Assembly: GCA_007121555.1 (NCBI GenBank)
Contig: SKKH01000022.1
Coordinates: 130 to 64,129 of the forward strand
Reading direction: 5' to 3'
DNA: 64,000 bases
Origin: Gemmatimonadota bacterium
GTDB lineage: Bacteria; Gemmatimonadota; Gemmatimonadetes; Longimicrobiales; Gaopeijiaceae
The notes under the pieces were generated by a model that was not told the DNA's origin, did not search any database, and saw only the letters and a program-made list of their open reading frames with translations. This document shows, in pieces, positions 58,944 through 64,000 of this stretch (position 1 is the first letter of the stretch; every line of letters begins with the position of its first letter). The translations under genes and the position numbers were made by a program.

Positions 58944-59462
58944 TCAGGCCGCGCCCATGATCTCGATCAACTCGATCCGGAAGACCAGCCAGTCCTGGCC
59001 TCCGTAGGCCAGTTGTGGCGGAACGAGAAGGAACCGCGTGCCCCCTTCCCTCATTCCCAGCACCCCTTCGGAGAACCCGAAGATGAGCTCTCCCGATGCG
59101 GGCACGAACTCGAGGGGTCCGCGGTCTGCCGAACTGTCCTGCTCGGAGCCGTCGGGCAACCAGAGGACGTAGTCTACACGGACGAAGCTGTCGGCCACTA
59201 CCTCATTGCCATCCTCGTCGCCCACCTCTTCATCCCGGACCCACAGGCCCGACGGCCACTCCTCGAACTCGGCCAGATCGATCCCCAGCGACTCGGCGAA
59301 CTCCACCTCGTCGATTCCGGGGGGTGGGGGCGGAGTGGTGATGTCGCTGTCCAGGCAGCCGGTAAGGAAGAGGGTGAGAAGGAACGCTACGAGGCCCCAC
59401 GCGCCTCCGGCAGCAAGGATTCCCCGCGGCTCCCGCAAGGGTTCTGCTCTGACCTGCTTCAT
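58944..59462 (-). CDS. FKBP-type peptidyl-prolyl cis-trans isomerase lipoprotein
   Basis: Lipobox LTGC. The C-terminal FKBP core reads VRVDYVLWLPDGSEQDSS...GFSEGVLGMREGGTRFLLVPPQLAYG. Confidence 0.75.
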   Translation of the reverse strand: MKQVRAEPLREPRGILAAGGAWGLVAFLLTLFLTGCLDSDITTPPPPPGIDEVEFAESLGIDLAEFEEWPSGLWVRDEEVGDEDGNEVVADSFVRVDYVLWLPDGSEQDSSADRGPLEFVPASGELIFGFSEGVLGMREGGTRFLLVPPQLAYGGQDWLVFRIELIEIMGAA

Positions 59463-59542
59463 CGATCATCCTCGAAGAGGTGGATTGGGGGACGGCGTTG
59501 GTTCCCGCCGACCGGTCCGGCCTCCGGCTGAGGCCGGGGGGC

Positions 59543-61336
59543 TCAGCGCTCGAACACGACCCGCCCGTCGACCATGGTGAGATCCACACCGATGTGCTGG
59601 AGTTCCTCCGGGGGGACCTCCAGGGGATTCCGGTCCAGGATGACCAGGTCCGCCAGGTAACCGGGGGCCAGCCGACCCTTCACGTCCTCATGCCCTTCCG
59701 CCCATGCGTTGTTCACGGTGTAGGCCATGAGGGCCGTCTCGGCGTCGATGCGCTCCTCCGGAACCCAGCCGCCCTCGGGTTCTCCTTCGGGGGTCTGGCG
59801 GGTCACCGCGGCGTACATTCCCATGAGGGGATTGGCCGTGTACCACGACGCATTGGTACCGGGCCAGTCGCTCCCGAAGGAGAGAAGGACGCCCGCCTCG
59901 TCGAGAGTGTGGAACGCATAGGTCCAGCGGATCCGATCCGGCCCGATCCGCTCTTCCATCCAGCGCATGTCATCGATGGCATGGAAGGGCTGGACCTCTG
60001 CAATCACCCCCATCTCGGCCATCCGTTCCGCGGTCTCCGGACCGCGAAGGTGCTGCGCGTGAATGACCCTGAACCGCCGGTCATCCCGCGGCCCGTTGGC
60101 CTCCTCCACCTGTTCGAACATGGTGAGAAGGGTATCGATGGCATGGTCTCCGATGGCGTGGACCTGGGGCCAGTACCCCTCCTGGTCGGCCTCGATCATG
60201 AGGCGCTCCAGGTTGCCCTCGGGAAACATGATGTCCCGCCAGATCCCGAACTCGTCGTTGTGGTCGAAGGGCTCGTAGAACATGGCCGTGGAGTTGCCCA
60301 TGATGCCGTCGACCCAGGCCTTGAAGCCGCCCAACTTGATGAAGTCGGAGCCAAAGTTCCGGGGCAGTCCGAGGGCGGCCTGATGCTCATACCGGTCGAG
60401 GGAGGGCCGGGCGTAGATCCGGGTGGTCAGCTCCCCCTCGTCCAGAAGGGCCTGATAGACGGGGAACATGGAGGGTGGGGTGTTGTCGTGGATCGTGGTC
60501 ACACCATACTGGGCAAGGTCGGCCAGGGCCATCCGGGCCTCCTCCAGCTGCTGTTCGAAGGGCTTGGAGGGGATGACCTCCTGCACCCGCGATGCGGCCT
60601 CGGGGCTGAGGCGGCCCGTAGGCTCTCCATCGGCGCACTCCACCCCATTCCACGAGCAGTCCACTTCGGCGGCGTCAAGGGCCAGGTGGTTGGCGAGATA
60701 CGCCGAACGGTCCCAGCGATTCAAGAGGACCGGGTGGTCCGGGGTGATGTCGTCGACCATGCCCCGGTCGGGGCTGAAGGGTTCGAAGGCCTCCCGCTCA
60801 GCCGCGCCGGCATCTCCCATCTCCCATTCTTCGTAGGCACCCCATTCGCCGCCCACCATCCACGAGCCCGAGGGCAGTCGTTGGGCTGCGGCCCCGACCT
60901 CTTCCCGGAGTCCAGCCTCATCCGACACCTCGAGCAGGTTTGCGCCCAGGAGGAGCGCTCCGGCCGAATTGAAGTGGGTGTGGTTGTCGATGAACCCAGG
61001 GCCAGCGAAGCGACCCTGCAGCTCCACGACACGGGTGTCGGAACCCTGGTGCCGGGCCACTTCGGCCTCGCTTCCCACGGCCACGATCCGGTTCCCTCGT
61101 ACGGCCACGGCCTCGGCCCAGGGCGATCCGTCGTCTCCGGTCCAGACCTGCCCCCCCGTGACGATCACGTCGGCTCCGCCCCCCTGCGGCGCTTCGCAGG
61201 CCGTGAAAAGCATCAGGGCAAGGAGGGCGAGGGCTGCGAGGCCCGTCGACCGAGCGGCGCGGAGGATCGCACCACCCGGTGCGGTCTCGGCTCTGAAGAC
61301 CGGCAAAGCGGCACTGCTTGTCTCGAATGCACTCAT
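59543..61336 (-). CDS. Amidohydrolase-3 family metal-dependent hydrolase (YtcJ-like), lipoprotein
   Basis: Lipobox FTAC, PGFIDNHTHF metal-binding motif, HAIGD, and GSDWP motifs. ATG at 61336 (MSAFETS). Confidence 0.8.
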   Translation of the reverse strand: MSAFETSSAALPVFRAETAPGGAILRAARSTGLAALALLALMLFTACEAPQGGGADVIVTGGQVWTGDDGSPWAEAVAVRGNRIVAVGSEAEVARHQGSDTRVVELQGRFAGPGFIDNHTHFNSAGALLLGANLLEVSDEAGLREEVGAAAQRLPSGSWMVGGEWGAYEEWEMGDAGAAEREAFEPFSPDRGMVDDITPDHPVLLNRWDRSAYLANHLALDAAEVDCSWNGVECADGEPTGRLSPEAASRVQEVIPSKPFEQQLEEARMALADLAQYGVTTIHDNTPPSMFPVYQALLDEGELTTRIYARPSLDRYEHQAALGLPRNFGSDFIKLGGFKAWVDGIMGNSTAMFYEPFDHNDEFGIWRDIMFPEGNLERLMIEADQEGYWPQVHAIGDHAIDTLLTMFEQVEEANGPRDDRRFRVIHAQHLRGPETAERMAEMGVIAEVQPFHAIDDMRWMEERIGPDRIRWTYAFHTLDEAGVLLSFGSDWPGTNASWYTANPLMGMYAAVTRQTPEGEPEGGWVPEERIDAETALMAYTVNNAWAEGHEDVKGRLAPGYLADLVILDRNPLEVPPEELQHIGVDLTMVDGRVVFER

Positions 61337-61600
61337 ACGTTTCGTCCCAGGAGGTTCGAGTGAAGCGCGGGGGTCACCAGGCGGTCCACCCCCGGGATCA
61401 CGGGGATGACAAGGGCACCCGCCGGGTGCCTCGCGAAAGCTGGCGTGGTCGAGGGCCGGGAGGCGTGCTCCCCGAGTCTCCCCCCAACGCACCACCGAAC
61501 AGGACGGAGTGTCGGGGAGGGGGCCGACCAGACATGGTATCCAGAGGACCCCCGGGTGGGCAAGCCGGTGGCCGGACCTGGGTCACGGCGGAGGGAGAGA

Positions 61601-61640
61601 TTACGAAAACGCCTCGACCCCCTGCTGCAGCAGGGGGTCG
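61601..61640 (-). terminator. Intrinsic terminator candidate downstream of sdhB
   Basis: Perfect 26-nt palindrome CGACCCCCTGCTGCAGCAGGGGGTCG (61615-61640), 16 nt after the sdhB stop. On the minus strand it is followed by AGGCGTTTTCGTAA. Confidence 0.5.
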
Positions 61641-61656
61641 GGATCCGATCAGACTG

Positions 61657-62418
61657 CTAGTCCCTGCCCACCCCTACCCCGGCCAGGGTTGCCCTGAAGA
61701 CGTCCCGGTTGAGGCGGGAGATGTAATCCACGCTGATGCCCTTGGGACACACCTCCTGGCAGGCCCCGTGGTTCGTGCAGTTCCCAAAGCCCTCTTCGTC
61801 GTGGACGGTGATCATGCTGGCCGCCCGCTCCAGTCGCTCCGCCTGCCCCTGGGGGAGATAGGAAAGGTGGGCTACCTTCGCGGCGGTGAAAAGCATCGCC
61901 GAGGCGTTGGGGCACGCGGCCACACAGGCTCCGCACCCGATGCAGGCAGCGGCGTCGAAGGCCCGGTCCGCATCGGGCTTGGGAACGGGCACGGCATTGG
62001 CGTCCGGTGCACTCCCGGTGCGGATCGATACGTATCCGCCGGCCTCGATGATCCGGTCGAAGGCGGACCGGTCCACCACGAGATCCTTCATGATGGGGAA
62101 GGAACGCGCCCGCCAGGGCTCTACCCAGATCTCGTCGCCATCGCTGAAGGAGCGCATGTGGAGCTGGCAGGCGGTGATGAGCTTCTCGGGACCGTGGGCG
62201 ACCCCGTTCACCATCATCCCACACGACCCACAGATCCCCTCCCGACAGTCATGCTCGAAGGCGATGGGCTCGCCCCCGTCGAGGAGGATTCGCTCGTTCA
62301 CAAGATCCAGCAGATCCAGGAACGACATGGAAGGCGAGACGTCTTCCACATCATAGGTTTCGAAGTCCCCCTTGGACCGGGGCCCCGACTGTCTCCAGAC
62401 GTGCAGCTTCAGCTTCAT
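61657..62418 (-). CDS. sdhB: Succinate dehydrogenase / fumarate reductase iron-sulfur subunit
   Basis: [27 protein letters not shown], and [15 protein letters not shown] cluster motifs. Confidence 0.9.
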   Translation of the reverse strand: MKLKLHVWRQSGPRSKGDFETYDVEDVSPSMSFLDLLDLVNERILLDGGEPIAFEHDCREGICGSCGMMVNGVAHGPEKLITACQLHMRSFSDGDEIWVEPWRARSFPIMKDLVVDRSAFDRIIEAGGYVSIRTGSAPDANAVPVPKPDADRAFDAAACIGCGACVAACPNASAMLFTAAKVAHLSYLPQGQAERLERAASMITVHDEEGFGNCTNHGACQEVCPKGISVDYISRLNRDVFRATLAGVGVGRD

Positions 62419-64000
62419 TACTTGTAGCTCCTCTGGGAGAGGGGCACGTTTTCAAAGGTCAACGGCTCCTCGTGGCGAGTGGGCTCCTGGCCCACTCCAT
62501 TGAATTCCCACACCGCGCCGTGGGAGAAGGCCTCGTCGTTCCGCTTCGCCTCGCCCTCATCGGTGGTGTGCTCCTCCCGGTAGTGTGCTCCGCAGGACTC
62601 GTCCCGGGTCAGCGCATCCCAGCACATGACCTCGGCGAACTCCAGGAAGTCGGCCACTCGACCGGCCTTCTCCAGGGATTGGTTCAGGTCGTCTCCACTT
62701 CCGGGGACCCGGACGTCGCTCCAGAACTGCTCCCGGATCTCCGGGATCTTCTGGAGCGCTTCCCTCAGCCCACTCTCGGTTCGCGACATTCCGCAGTGAT
62801 TCCACATCACCCGCCCCAGCTCGATGTGGAACGAATCCACGCTCCGACTTCCGTTGATGGAGAGGAGGCGGTCCTGAGTCTCCTTCACCTCCCGAACGGC
62901 GTCTCTGGCGGCGGGGTGGTTCTCATCCACTCCGCCCCGGGGACCATCGGCGAGGTAGTTCCCGATGGTGAGAGGGATGATGAAGTACCCGTCGGCCAGG
63001 CCCTGCATGAGTGCGGAGGCCCCGAGGCGATTCGCGCCGTGGTCGGAGAAATTGGCTTCGCCGATGGCGAAGAGTCCGGGGACCGTGGTCATGAGGTCGT
63101 AATCCACCCAGAGTCCCCCCATGGTGTAGTGGGGCGCCGGATAGATCCGCATGGGCACCTGATACGGGTCCTCTCCGGTGATCTTGTCGTACATCTGGAA
63201 GAGGTTTCCGTAGCGCTCCTCCACGGTCTCCTTGCCCAGCCGCTGGATCGCGTCCCGGAAGTCGAGGAAGACCCCGTTCTTCATGGGGCCGACCCCGTGA
63301 CCCGCATCCACCATCTCCTTGGCCCGCCGGGAGGCGATGTCCCGGGGTGTGAGGTTCCCGAAGGAGGGATAGAGCCTCTCGAGGTAGTAGTCCCGCTCGT
63401 CGTCGGGAATCTGATGCGCGGGCCGGTCGTCCCCCGCCTTCCTGGGTACCCAGATGCGGCCGTCGTTGCGAAGGGACTCGCTCATGAGGGTGAGCTTCGA
63501 CTGGTAGTCACCGCTCTGGGGAATGCAGGTGGGGTGGATCTGGGTGAAGCAGGGGTTGGCGAAACCCGCGCCCCGTTTCGTGGCCCGCCAGGTGGCCGTG
63601 ACGTTGCACCCCTTCGCGTTCGTCGAGAGGAAGAAGACGTTGGAGTAGCCCCCGGTCCCCAGCACCACGGCATCGGCCATGTGGGCCTCGATCTTCCCGC
63701 TCACCAGGTGTCGGGTCACGATGCCGCGCGCCTTCCCGTCGATGACGATGACATCCAGCATCTCGTGCCGGTTGTACATCTTGACCCGCCCCTCGGCGAC
63801 CTGGCGTTCAAGCGCCTGGTAGCATCCCAGGAGGAGCTGCTGCCCCGTCTGTCCCCGAGCGTAGAAGGTCCTGGACACCTGCGCCCCGCCGAAGGACCGG
63901 TTCGCCAGAAGCCCCCCGTACTCCCTGGCGAAGGGAACCCCCTGGGCCACGGCCTGATCGATGATGTTCACCGACAGCTCGGCCAGACGGTGGACGTTGG
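62418..64000 (-). CDS. sdhA: Succinate dehydrogenase / fumarate reductase flavoprotein subunit, C-terminal roughly 527 codons; N-terminus lies beyond the right edge
   Basis: [16 protein letters not shown], and [18 protein letters not shown] motifs. The frame stays open from 63971 to 64000 (hand translation [10 protein letters not shown]). TAA overlaps the sdhB ATG by 1 nt. Confidence 0.9.
   Translation of the reverse strand, partial: NVHRLAELSVNIIDQAVAQGVPFAREYGGLLANRSFGGAQVSRTFYARGQTGQQLLLGCYQALERQVAEGRVKMYNRHEMLDVIVIDGKARGIVTRHLVSGKIEAHMADAVVLGTGGYSNVFFLSTNAKGCNVTATWRATKRGAGFANPCFTQIHPTCIPQSGDYQSKLTLMSESLRNDGRIWVPRKAGDDRPAHQIPDDERDYYLERLYPSFGNLTPRDIASRRAKEMVDAGHGVGPMKNGVFLDFRDAIQRLGKETVEERYGNLFQMYDKITGEDPYQVPMRIYPAPHYTMGGLWVDYDLMTTVPGLFAIGEANFSDHGANRLGASALMQGLADGYFIIPLTIGNYLADGPRGGVDENHPAARDAVREVKETQDRLLSINGSRSVDSFHIELGRVMWNHCGMSRTESGLREALQKIPEIREQFWSDVRVPGSGDDLNQSLEKAGRVADFLEFAEVMCWDALTRDESCGAHYREEHTTDEGEAKRNDEAFSHGAVWEFNGVGQEPTRHEEPLTFENVPLSQRSYK

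Noticed and set aside
61337-61600. Roughly 260-bp untranslated stretch upstream of the amidohydrolase gene, with a CAGGTCCGG string on the minus strand reminiscent of SRP RNA.
   Set aside because: The rest of the conserved SRP helix-8 motif (GGAAGGAAGCAGC) is absent, and no convincing fold or small ORF is present. I treat it as an ordinary promoter and 5' UTR region.

Overview
This is a GC-rich bacterial chromosomal segment; by eye about two-thirds G+C, with third codon positions almost all G or C. I call 56 protein genes, 52 on the minus strand, mostly in long, tightly packed co-directional strings.

Content is core housekeeping. From low to high coordinate:
- an envelope glycosylation cluster (two GT2, one GT4, wecB, a YfhO-like GT-C protein, a UPF0104 flippase-like protein)
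- rpoN
- lptB, lptA-like and lptC-like genes
- kdsD-kdsC-kdsA-pyrG-kdsB
- a TrpG/PabA amidotransferase, nadE, an S41 peptidase (+), a XerC/D recombinase, ispF
- fabF-acpP-fabG-fabD-plsX-rpmF-yceD
- ackA, hbd, ndk, a CBS protein, sucDC
- a SusC/SusD-like pair (+)
- a UPF0182 membrane protein and a phosphomannomutase
- a complete 14-gene nuoA-N operon
- dcd (+), an FKBP lipoprotein, an amidohydrolase, sdhB and partial sdhA

I found no rRNA, tRNA, CRISPR array, IS/transposase, phage genes or recognisable defence system. The lineage looks like a diderm of the FCB/Gemmatimonadota type (LPS genes plus SusCD), but that is inference only.

Four things are not explained by ordinary annotation:
1. A two-copy noncoding repeat family (27887-28186 and 58597-58842). 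It has a 92-93 nt highly conserved core and a perfectly identical 34-nt module fused to the TAG stop codons of two unrelated genes. Core and module are in opposite relative orientation in the two copies.
2. A perfect 23-bp-stem palindrome next to copy 2.
3. A GtrB/CsbB plus YfhO type extracytoplasmic glycosylation module, apparently translationally coupled to rpoN and the lpt/kds genes in a roughly 16.5 kb string.
4. A terminator-like hairpin with a T-run inside the 445-bp leader of the SusC-like gene.

None of these is proven to be a new system. Most of the window is ordinary.
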